A DNA stretch of 64,000 nt from an uncultured bacterium (GTDB lineage: Bacteria > Patescibacteriota > Minisyncoccia > Moranbacterales > UBA2206): positions 773-64,772 of the forward strand of contig CAIMIV010000003.1 in NCBI GenBank assembly GCA_903841185.1. Direction: 5' to 3'. Of this stretch, positions 56,190-64,000 are shown in pieces. Below the pieces are notes generated by a model, which had not been told where the DNA came from, did no database searches, and was given only the letters and a program-made list of their open reading frames with translations. The position numbers and the translations under genes were made by a program. The number at the start of each line of letters is the position of its first letter. Within the stretch, counting starts at the first letter, position 1.

Positions 56190-59100
56190 ATGGATTCCAT
56201 TACAAAAGTAAGTGATTTCAATAGCGTACGACTAAAGCTCGCCGGTCCAGCTCAAATATTGGAGTGGTCAAACGGTGAAATTACCAAACCAGAAACAATT
56301 AATTATCGTACCCAACGTTATGAGAAGGATGGTCTTTTCTGTGAAAAGATTTTCGGACCATCGCGTGACTGGGAGTGTTATTGCGGAAAGTATAAAAGAA
56401 TCAGGTATAAAGGGATTGTTTGCGATAAGTGTGGAGTGGAAGTCACTCGTTCCAGTGTGCGAAGAGAACGCATGGGACACATCCAGTTAGCAGTGCCAGT
56501 TTCTCATATTTGGTTTTTGCGAGGGGTGCCTAGTAAGATCGGTCTAGCTTTAGGGATGAGTCCTCAAGAATTGGAAAAAGTTATTTATTTCTCCAATTAT
56601 ATTATATTAGAAGTTAATAATGAGGCGCGCGATAAGTCATTGGCGCAATTAGAGCAGGAATTCAAATCCAAGCAAAAGGAGATTGCCAAGCTAGATGCGG
56701 ATGCTAAGGAGGCTAAGACGGATGAGTTAAAAGGCATTTACCGGACATCCAAGGAGGAATTGAAGGGCTTACAAAGATTTCAAATCATTACTGAAGTGGA
56801 ATATTTCAACCTGTCCACCAAATATGGGCAAGTCTTTTCCGCGGGTATTGGCGCTGAAGCTATCCGGACCATTTTAGAGAATTTGGATATGAAAGCGGAG
56901 ATTGAACTGCTGAAAAAAGATTTAGTAAAAGATGATACAATTGATACTAAAAAAATTCTCAAGAGAATCAAGCTCTTTCAAGGGTTGATCAACGCAGAGT
57001 TGCAACCGGAATGGATGTTGCCGACAGTGATCCCGGTAATCCCGCCAGATTTGCGCCCGATGGTAGCCTTGGATGGTGGTCGGTTTGCCACCTCTGACTT
57101 GAATGATCTATACCGCCGAATTATCAACAGAAATAATCGCTTGAAGAAACTGATTGAAATTGGCGCTCCGGAAGTGATTACCCGCAATGAAAAGAGAATG
57201 CTGCAAGAAGCAGTGGATGCTTTATTTGACAACAGCGCTAGACGGGGTCAGGTGAGTGTGACGGCTTCGACTGGACAAAGAAGAGCTTTGCGATCGTTAG
57301 CAGACACCCTTAAGGGAAAACAAGGTCGTTTCAGACAAAATTTGTTAGGAAAGCGCGTGGATTATTCTGGACGTTCGGTTATTGTGGTCGGACCAAAATT
57401 GAAGCTACATCAGTGTGGATTGCCTAAGAAAATGGCTTTGGAATTGTTTAAGCCTTTTATTATCAACAAGCTTATCGAAAGAGAGTTAGCGTATAACGTG
57501 CGAAGTGCCGGTAAGATGGTGGAGGGTGAAAGTGAGGAAGCATATGAAATTTTGGACGAGATTATTTCTCACCACTATGTAATGCTTAATCGTGCTCCAA
57601 CCTTGCATAGACTTTCCATTCAATCTTTTCAACCCGTGCTGATTGAAGGCAAGGCGATTCAATTGCATCCGATGGTGTGTTCCGCTTTCAATGCTGATTT
57701 CGATGGAGACCAGATGGCGGTGCATGTTCCGCTAACAGACAAAGCTCGCTGGGAAAGTGAGAACTTGATGTTGTCTAAACGCAATTTGCTAAAGCCAGCT
57801 AGTGGAGAGCCGATTATCAGTCCAACTTTGGATATGGTATTGGGATGTTATTATCTCACCCACATTTTGAAAGGCGCTAAAGGCGAGGGAAGGATTTTCT
57901 CCTCCTTTGATGAGGTGATTATGGCCTATGAATTGCGTCAGATTGATGTCCGCGCCGAAATAAAAGTTTTATTTGAGGGGAAAATTCTAGAAACTTCTGC
58001 CGGTAGAATCAAATTGAATGAAATTATTCCGGAGGGAGTCGAATATCTGAACTACGAGATGACCAAAAAGGAATTGAAATTGTTAGTGGCCAAGGTGTTG
58101 GAGACTTGCGGACCGGAAGAAACTGCGATATTTGCCGATAAGATTAAGGATTTAGGGTTTAACTCAGTAACTAAATCGGGAATTTCTTGGGGCATGGCGG
58201 ATTTAACTGTCCCCTTGGTGAAAAAAGAAATCATTAACAATGCCGAAGAGAAAGTAGAAGTGATTAAGCAGCAGTTTAATATGGGTCTTTTGACAGAAGG
58301 TGAGCGAAAAAGCCAGGTAATTGAGATTTGGAACAGCGCTAAAAATAAAATTACCGATGCAGTGCGAGAAGGCATTGATAAAGAAGGGCCAGTCTATTCC
58401 ATGGTCTATTCTAAAGCTCGAGGTTCGGAATCGGTTGTAGTACAGATGGCGGGAATGAAAGGTTTGATGGCTGGTCCAACCGGAGAGACTATCGAACTGC
58501 CGATTAAGAGTTGTTTCAAAGAAGGTTTGAATGTATTGGAATATTTCATTTCTACTCATGGAGCTAGAAAAGGTATGGCCGACACCGCCCTGCGAACCGC
58601 GACCGCTGGTTACCTGACTAGAAGATTAGTAGATGTTTCCCAAGATATCATTATTCGGGAAGAAGATTGCAAAGACCAAGAAGGTGCTTATTTATACAAA
58701 GAAGATTCTGATAGAATTGGTCAAAGCTTCGCTAGTCGCATCATTGGGCGCGTGACTCTGGAGGATATTGTTCATCCGAAGACCGGCGAGGTTATTGTGG
58801 AAGAGGGTATTCTGATTAGCAAGGAGCAAGGAGAAGCGATAGAAACTGCTAATGTTGTCAAGATTAAAATCCGTTCACTCGTTACCTGTAAAACTCCTCG
58901 AGGAGTGTGTCAGAAATGCTATGGCTTGGATCTCGGTAGAGGACATTTGGTGCAACTAGGTCAAGCGGTTGGAGTAGTGGCGGCGCAAGCTATTGGCGAG
59001 CCAGGAACCCAGCTAACCATGCGTACCTTCCATATCGGAGGTGTGGCGGGAACTGACATTACCCAAGGTTTGCCTCGAGTAGAAGAAATTTTTGAAGCTC

Positions 59101-59765
59101 GTCCTCCGAAGGGAGAGGCGGTAATTTCAGAAGTGGACGGTAAGGTAGTGGAAATTTCCACCGGAGACAAAACCACGGATATTAAAGTGGAGATCGCTGG
59201 CAAAACTAAGGTGGTGAAGGAATATCAAGTCTTGATGGGCAGTACAGTGTGTGTGGCCGAGGGTGATTTGGTTGGCAAAGGTTCGAAACTATCTGAAGGA
59301 AATGTGGATTTGAAGAAACTATATAAAGTCATGGGCTCAGAAGCCGTGCATAGATACATTGTGAAAGAAATTCAAGAAATCTACGCTTCGCAAGGTGAAG
59401 GAATCAACGACAAGCATATTGAAGTGATCATCAAGCAGATGTTTGGTCGGGTGCAGATTATCGACTCTGGCACTACCAGTTTGATGGGCGGAGATATTGT
59501 GGAAAAAGAACAGTTCAAGGAAATGAATAGACGAGTGGATGAAAACGGCGGTGAGAAAGCCACAGCAGAAGAACTGCTGATGGGTATCACCAAAGTAGCA
59601 CTTTCCACGGAAAGTTTCTTGTCTGCTGCTTCTTTCCAGGAAACAGCCAAGGTCCTGATCAACGCCGCTGTAGAAGGCAAAGAAGATCAGTTGCGTGGAC
59701 TGAAAGAAAACGTGATTATCGGAAAATTGATTCCAGCCGGAACTGGCTACCGAGAGGGTAAGTAA
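56190..59765 (+). CDS. rpoC: RNA polymerase beta' subunit
   Basis: KPETINYRT, zinc finger, [20 protein letters not shown]. Confidence 0.98.
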   Translation: MDSITKVSDFNSVRLKLAGPAQILEWSNGEITKPETINYRTQRYEKDGLFCEKIFGPSRDWECYCGKYKRIRYKGIVCDKCGVEVTRSSVRRERMGHIQLAVPVSHIWFLRGVPSKIGLALGMSPQELEKVIYFSNYIILEVNNEARDKSLAQLEQEFKSKQKEIAKLDADAKEAKTDELKGIYRTSKEELKGLQRFQIITEVEYFNLSTKYGQVFSAGIGAEAIRTILENLDMKAEIELLKKDLVKDDTIDTKKILKRIKLFQGLINAELQPEWMLPTVIPVIPPDLRPMVALDGGRFATSDLNDLYRRIINRNNRLKKLIEIGAPEVITRNEKRMLQEAVDALFDNSARRGQVSVTASTGQRRALRSLADTLKGKQGRFRQNLLGKRVDYSGRSVIVVGPKLKLHQCGLPKKMALELFKPFIINKLIERELAYNVRSAGKMVEGESEEAYEILDEIISHHYVMLNRAPTLHRLSIQSFQPVLIEGKAIQLHPMVCSAFNADFDGDQMAVHVPLTDKARWESENLMLSKRNLLKPASGEPIISPTLDMVLGCYYLTHILKGAKGEGRIFSSFDEVIMAYELRQIDVRAEIKVLFEGKILETSAGRIKLNEIIPEGVEYLNYEMTKKELKLLVAKVLETCGPEETAIFADKIKDLGFNSVTKSGISWGMADLTVPLVKKEIINNAEEKVEVIKQQFNMGLLTEGERKSQVIEIWNSAKNKITDAVREGIDKEGPVYSMVYSKARGSESVVVQMAGMKGLMAGPTGETIELPIKSCFKEGLNVLEYFISTHGARKGMADTALRTATAGYLTRRLVDVSQDIIIREEDCKDQEGAYLYKEDSDRIGQSFASRIIGRVTLEDIVHPKTGEVIVEEGILISKEQGEAIETANVVKIKIRSLVTCKTPRGVCQKCYGLDLGRGHLVQLGQAVGVVAAQAIGEPGTQLTMRTFHIGGVAGTDITQGLPRVEEIFEARPPKGEAVISEVDGKVVEISTGDKTTDIKVEIAGKTKVVKEYQVLMGSTVCVAEGDLVGKGSKLSEGNVDLKKLYKVMGSEAVHRYIVKEIQEIYASQGEGINDKHIEVIIKQMFGRVQIIDSGTTSLMGGDIVEKEQFKEMNRRVDENGGEKATAEELLMGITKVALSTESFLSAASFQETAKVLINAAVEGKEDQLRGLKENVIIGKLIPAGTGYREGK

Positions 59766-59776
59766 AGACTACCCAA

Positions 59777-59808
59777 GAAAAAAACCGCTCCGAAAAGGGC
59801 GGTTTTTT
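59777..59808 (+). terminator. rpoBC terminator
   Basis: AAAAAACCGCTC-CGAAAA-GGGCGGTTTTTT. Confidence 0.85.
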
Positions 59809-59910
59809 GGTGGTTGAAAAAATAAAAAAGATGCAATTGGTATTTTGGGATAAAAAAAGAGGCAAGAGAAATAGGATTATTTCTCTTGCCTCAATATGTA
59901 TCTACAACCT

Positions 59911-60258
59911 TTATTTACAGGGATTAGATAGCTTTCTTCTAATTATCCCATGTGATTTTTCAGTACTTGTCTCAAAATTCCTTTTGCTTATATAGCAAGC
60001 TGGATTCGAGATGGTTTTATTAGAAATTTCAGTAGTAAATCCGACTACGTTCGAATAATTGCACCACCCCTCATCCCATTCACGCATACCTACGTCATCT
60101 ATATCGATAATAAGCATATGTGGATTAAAGGATTCTAAGTGTATCTGTAATGGAGCTTGGCAAGAATAATTTTTAATTATTCTGATTTCATCATGCGTTG
60201 GATTAAAGACGCTTGATATATAAGCGGAGCGGGGGCTTTTTAAGATTGAAATTCTCAT
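59911..60258 (-). CDS. Hypothetical protein (TrmB #5 cargo)
   Basis: AAGGAG SD; GTGACA-17-TATACT promoter; 3' part may be degraded. Confidence 0.55.
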   Translation of the reverse strand: MRISILKSPRSAYISSVFNPTHDEIRIIKNYSCQAPLQIHLESFNPHMLIIDIDDVGMREWDEGWCNYSNVVGFTTEISNKTISNPACYISKRNFETSTEKSHGIIRRKLSNPCK

Positions 60259-60467
60259 GACAATTCTCCTTGAATAGTGTTTTTTAAAGGACTGTTGTTA
60301 AGTGAATAAATCAGCTTAACAACGTAGTATATCAGAAAATAGAGGTCTTGTCACGCTAGGACAACTAATATGTTGGGATGCGCGTAAAGTTGCTAAATAT
60401 TTGCTTTATCCTAGCCACCGTGCTATAATAAAAGTGTTGTCATTTACAATGACAAGAATGAAAGTGT

Positions 60468-61199
60468 ATGTTACATAGGCAATTACAAGACGCTGGATTG
60501 AACGAAACTGAGGCGAAAATCTATCTCGCTTCTTTGGAGTTGGGGCAGACTTCCGTCAGTCGCATTGCCAAAAAAGCTGGCATTAAGCGCACAACGGTTT
60601 ATTTGTCACTGGAAAACTTAATGCAAAAAGGTTTGGTGAGTGCTATTAAAAAAGAGGGCAAAAGTCACTATTATGCTGAAGATCCACGGAATTTGGAGCG
60701 AATAATGGTGGAAAAGAAAGAACGAATTAGTAAAGTGATTCCGGAATTGTTGGCCTTTACTAATTTAATTGATAGAAAGCCTGAAATTCGTTATTTTGAA
60801 GGTGACGAAGGCATTAAGGAAGTTTTAATGAATGCGCTGATTAATGCTGATGGGGAAATTTTGACAATGTATTCTGAATCTTATATAAATGATTTTGATG
60901 AGAAATTTTTTTCTGAATATTATGTTCCTGAGAGAATCAGGCGAAGAATCTCTGCTCGAGCACTTCTACCAGACAATAATCAGATGAGAGAACTCGCAAT
61001 GACTAATGAGATATCTTTGCGTAAAACACGATTTGTATTCGCAGACTTGTTCAAAATCAAGATCGAAGTAATGATATACGATAGAGACAAACTGAGCATT
61101 ATTTCATATAAGGAAAAATTCGCCCTAATTATAGAAAGCCCGGCCATTCATGACAGTTTCAAGAGTATTTTTGAAACGATGTGGGCTGGGGCGAAGTAA
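60468..61199 (+). CDS. TrmB-family transcriptional regulator, copy 5
   Basis: GLNETEAKIYLASLELG...KRTTVY; KPEIRYFEG; EVMIYDRDK...LIIES. Confidence 0.9.
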   Translation: MLHRQLQDAGLNETEAKIYLASLELGQTSVSRIAKKAGIKRTTVYLSLENLMQKGLVSAIKKEGKSHYYAEDPRNLERIMVEKKERISKVIPELLAFTNLIDRKPEIRYFEGDEGIKEVLMNALINADGEILTMYSESYINDFDEKFFSEYYVPERIRRRISARALLPDNNQMRELAMTNEISLRKTRFVFADLFKIKIEVMIYDRDKLSIISYKEKFALIIESPAIHDSFKSIFETMWAGAK

Positions 61200-61237
61200 T
61201 GTTTTTTTTTGGAAAAAGGAGGCGGACAAGTCGGGGC

Positions 61238-61834
61238 TTATTTTTGGCATGTGCATTCCCAAGCGGTTTCAAATAAAATTTTTAGAAAGTTGGCAAAGCT
61301 TTCGGATTTTATTTCAAAAGAAATATTGTCACTGGTTTTAGATAAGATGCCTATTACCTTATCATCAAAGATTATAATTTCACCAGTAGTAAAATATTTG
61401 TCATCGGCCTTAAGCCAGCGATACTCAGTATTTTTCTGTCGTTTTTTATTGTTACCATAAACCTTGTCATACCATGCACGAGCATAGTTACTATCTATGG
61501 ATAGACATTTTTCTTGCACGCCGTTCCTATACCGAGCTAATGATCTTTGTTCGCCCATTTCATCAAACACCTCGGCGTAATTTTTCAAATTTGCAAATGA
61601 ATATACCGTGCTCTTAGAATCAAGCTCTTGATGAGCCATTTGTTTCATCGCTTCCACTCCTTCCACAATTTTTATAACTGGCTTTAGTTTGGTATCTTTA
61701 TAAAGTAGTTGTAATTTTGGAATAGTTTTTTCCAATTTTTGCAATCTTTTTTCATATAAGTTTTTTTTACCTTCAAGATATTGCTTTAGTCTGCTGGGAG
61801 GCATGGCTGAAAAAAATTTCTTATTGCCTTTTTT
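61238..61834 (-). pseudogene. 5'-truncated TrmB-family gene (copy 6), DNA-binding helix lost
   Basis: Frame reads KKGNKKFFSAMPPSRL (wing remnant), KPVIKIVEG, EIIIFDDK...IKSES..FETAW; similarity ends at the NYN promoter. Confidence 0.75.
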
Positions 61835-61910
61835 ATGTCTAAGTTGACAGTATAATTTTATAGTGTCATTATATCATCATGAAATGATAATAAAATTATT
61901 GATATACAAA

Positions 61911-62426
61911 ATGAAACAAAAAGAGAAAAATTATGCATTCATAGATGGGCAAAATCTACATATGGGCACAACAAATATTGAAAACACATGGAAGATTGAC
62001 TTTAGAAAGTTTAGAATTTTTTTAAAAGATAAATATCGTGTTGAAATAGCTTACTATTTTCTGGGTTATGTTATTGAAGAGAAAAGAGATTTGTACACAA
62101 AAATTCAAGAATCTGGGTTTGTTCTTGTTTTTAGAGAGCATAACGCTGCGATGGTTGGTAAGAAAAAAGGAAATGTGGATGCAGACATAGTTTTCTCAGT
62201 TATGAAAAAGTTATACAACGAGGAAGAGTTTGATAGGATTGTATTAGTTTCTGGGGATGGAGATTATAAGAGAATGGTTGATTTTTTAATTGAAGAAAAG
62301 AGATTTAAAAAAGTATTATTTCCAAATAAGAAGTTCGCATCTTCATTGTATAAAAAGCTAGGATCAGAATATTTTGATTATTTAGACAGTAAGCATATTA
62401 AAACGAAAATTATCAAAAATGAGTAA
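61911..62426 (+). CDS. NYN-domain (LabA/DUF88, PIN-like) ribonuclease
   Basis: AFIDGQNL, KGNVDAD, LVSGDGDY, ASSL. Confidence 0.9.
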   Translation: MKQKEKNYAFIDGQNLHMGTTNIENTWKIDFRKFRIFLKDKYRVEIAYYFLGYVIEEKRDLYTKIQESGFVLVFREHNAAMVGKKKGNVDADIVFSVMKKLYNEEEFDRIVLVSGDGDYKRMVDFLIEEKRFKKVLFPNKKFASSLYKKLGSEYFDYLDSKHIKTKIIKNE

Positions 62427-62427
62427 T

Positions 62428-62513
62428 AAAAAAGGCTCCTTAGGCACTAACACCGCTCGGATCCTTTTTCGTCTTGATACAATTATATTAGCATATGATT
62501 TGTATGAAGTCAA
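62428..62513 (-). ncRNA. Putative ~50-nt small RNA with its promoter, convergent on the NYN gene
   Basis: Minus strand TTGACT(62513-62508)-17-TAATAT with extended TG, no ORF, then AAAAAGGATCC...GGAGCCTTTTTT hairpin. Confidence 0.45.
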
Positions 62514-62653
62514 GGGGTGATTAGGTTGGTGTGATTAGATTAGGTATTTATGTTGCGTAAGTTCCATATAATAGGCTTTTTCAGCTTATTGGAGGATCAT
62601 TTTTCGTTTATTGGGATTTGTGCTAAAATAAAAGAGTTAATGAAGTTTTAACT

Positions 62654-64000
62654 ATGGGCAGAAAAAAGAAAATAGATAAAGAGAAAGAAGAGGCGGAACT
62701 AGAAGAGAATAATAGGTTCGAGTTTGATATCGCCGGGGATGCCAAGCGCAGTATTGTAGCGGTTTTTTTGTTTGCCTTGGCGCTGGTGATTTTTCTGGGA
62801 TTTTTAGGTAAATCCGGACCAGCCGGGGTGTATTTGGGAAGCTTGGTGGGGATGGCTATCGGGTGGGCAAAATGGGTCTTTCCTATCTTTTTGATTATCG
62901 GGGGAATAATTTTATTGTTGCGCAAAGAAACGTCTTTTTATATTGCAAAACTCACCGGTCTCAGTGTGACGTTTATCAGTCTAACCGGTATTTTTCATTG
63001 GATAATTTATTTATCTGTAGGTCTGGAAAAAATGAGCTCAGTAGCAGATGAAGGTTCGGGCGGCGGATATTTGGGTTATGCCGTAGCGTATTTGGCTATC
63101 AAATTTCTGGGGTCAGCGGGTGGAATAGTGGTGATTAGTACTTTGTTTTTGATAGGGATTATTGTGGCCTTTAATTTTTCCATTGTGCATTTTCTCGAAA
63201 AAATATTAAAAAGAAAAGAAGCGGGGGGTGAAATTGCGCAAGATGAAGCGGAAGTAGAAATAGAAGAGAATATAGTTGTGGAAGAGGAACAACCGGAAAT
63301 GGATGACGAGATGCTTGAGGAAAGACAATCGGAGACGAAAAATAAGAAGGCTGCTAAAATTAATAAAGAGGATAGCAATATCGGCAAAATAGAATTTGTA
63401 GAAGGACCGGATCAATACGTGGATGAAGATTTTTTTACTAAAATTGCTAAGGATGATTCAAAAGCGAAAAAAGTTTCAGCACGCGATAAACAAGTGCAAG
63501 ATAGTTGGAAACTGCCTCCGCTGGATTTGTTAGAAAAAAATTCCAGCGTAGCCAAGGGCGGAGATGTAGAAAAAAACGCTGAAATTATTGAAAGGACTTT
63601 GCGTCAGTTCGGTATCGAGGTAGAGCTGGGCGGTATTCAAACTGGTCCGGCAGTTACGCAATACAGTTTCCGTCCAGCAGTGGGAGTGAAGATTTCCAAA
63701 ATCATGGCTCTGCAGGATGACTTAGCTTTAGCTTTGGCTAAACACCCGATCAGAATTGAAGCGCCGATTCCCGGTCAATCCTTGATTGGTATTGAGGTGC
63801 CGAATAAGGATGCTGCTATTGTGCGAATGCGTAGTGTGCTGGAGAGTGATAAATTTAAGCATAGAAAATCTAATCTTACCCTAGCCTTAGGTGAGGATGT
63901 GCGAGGGGAGTATATCTTCGGTGATTTAGATAAGATGCCTCACTTGATGGTAGCAGGCGCCACTGGTACTGGAAAATCAGTCGGCATCAATGCTATTATT
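62654..64000 (+). CDS. ftsK: FtsK/SpoIIIE DNA translocase (partial, runs off the window)
   Basis: ATG 62654 MGRKKK; TM region with GGGYLG; LPPLDLL, GPAVTQY, IRIEAPIPG, MPHLMVAGATGTGKS. Confidence 0.93.
   Translation, partial: MGRKKKIDKEKEEAELEENNRFEFDIAGDAKRSIVAVFLFALALVIFLGFLGKSGPAGVYLGSLVGMAIGWAKWVFPIFLIIGGIILLLRKETSFYIAKLTGLSVTFISLTGIFHWIIYLSVGLEKMSSVADEGSGGGYLGYAVAYLAIKFLGSAGGIVVISTLFLIGIIVAFNFSIVHFLEKILKRKEAGGEIAQDEAEVEIEENIVVEEEQPEMDDEMLEERQSETKNKKAAKINKEDSNIGKIEFVEGPDQYVDEDFFTKIAKDDSKAKKVSARDKQVQDSWKLPPLDLLEKNSSVAKGGDVEKNAEIIERTLRQFGIEVELGGIQTGPAVTQYSFRPAVGVKISKIMALQDDLALALAKHPIRIEAPIPGQSLIGIEVPNKDAAIVRMRSVLESDKFKHRKSNLTLALGEDVRGEYIFGDLDKMPHLMVAGATGTGKSVGINAII

Noticed and set aside
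52652-59765. Inteins or introns in rpoB/rpoC (and nrdA)
   Set aside because: ORFs are continuous and compact with no C..HN splice motifs or large inserts.
309-59765. Alternative genetic code (UGA=Gly as in Gracilibacteria/Absconditabacteria)
   Set aside because: Long genes read through under code 11 and TGA is used as a genuine stop (livG 3714, 11272, 49271).
1-64000. CRISPR array, rRNA, prophage or autonomous transposase
   Set aside because: No regularly spaced repeats, rRNA-like tracts, phage structural genes, integrase or transposase ORF seen.

Overview
Chromosomal window of a low-GC Patescibacteria (CPR) genome, probably Parcubacteria (Moranbacteria-like). The taxon call is inferred from VirB2-like pilin arrays, a mini-TsaB, short IF2, expanded TrmB regulators and CPR-type palindromic repeats. 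Housekeeping genes include rarA, rluD, rplS, nrdAB, nfo, nrnA-rbfA-infB, nusA, ppaC, tig, clpP, gpmI, rny, HU, rpoBC, partial ftsK and 10 intact tRNAs. The main candidate new system is a recurring back-to-back module. Five intact TrmB-family (wHTH + degenerate PLD-like) paralogues, plus one decapitated copy, are present, and each intact copy faces away from unrelated cargo (orphans, LivK/LivF, a radical SAM enzyme). The modules share a TGTCA-N7-TGACA-type palindrome at the regulator promoter, an ACTACGTAGT-like element over the cargo -10/TSS, a boxA-like element in the cargo leader and usually a strong Shine-Dalgarno that most core genes here lack. A second theme is tRNA-targeting micro-elements: all three tRNA-Leu loci show an insertion after tRNA nt 10, one intact tRNA-Leu(GAG) is nested inside a decayed tRNA-Leu(GAG), and both tRNA-Gly genes carry a shared 3' element. 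Also notable: a NYN ribonuclease with a convergent small-RNA promoter, an ice-binding protein/class F sortase pair, a circularly permuted YkgJ-type Cys protein and several MITE/heptamer repeat families. All calls were made by eye without database searches; some start codons are estimates.
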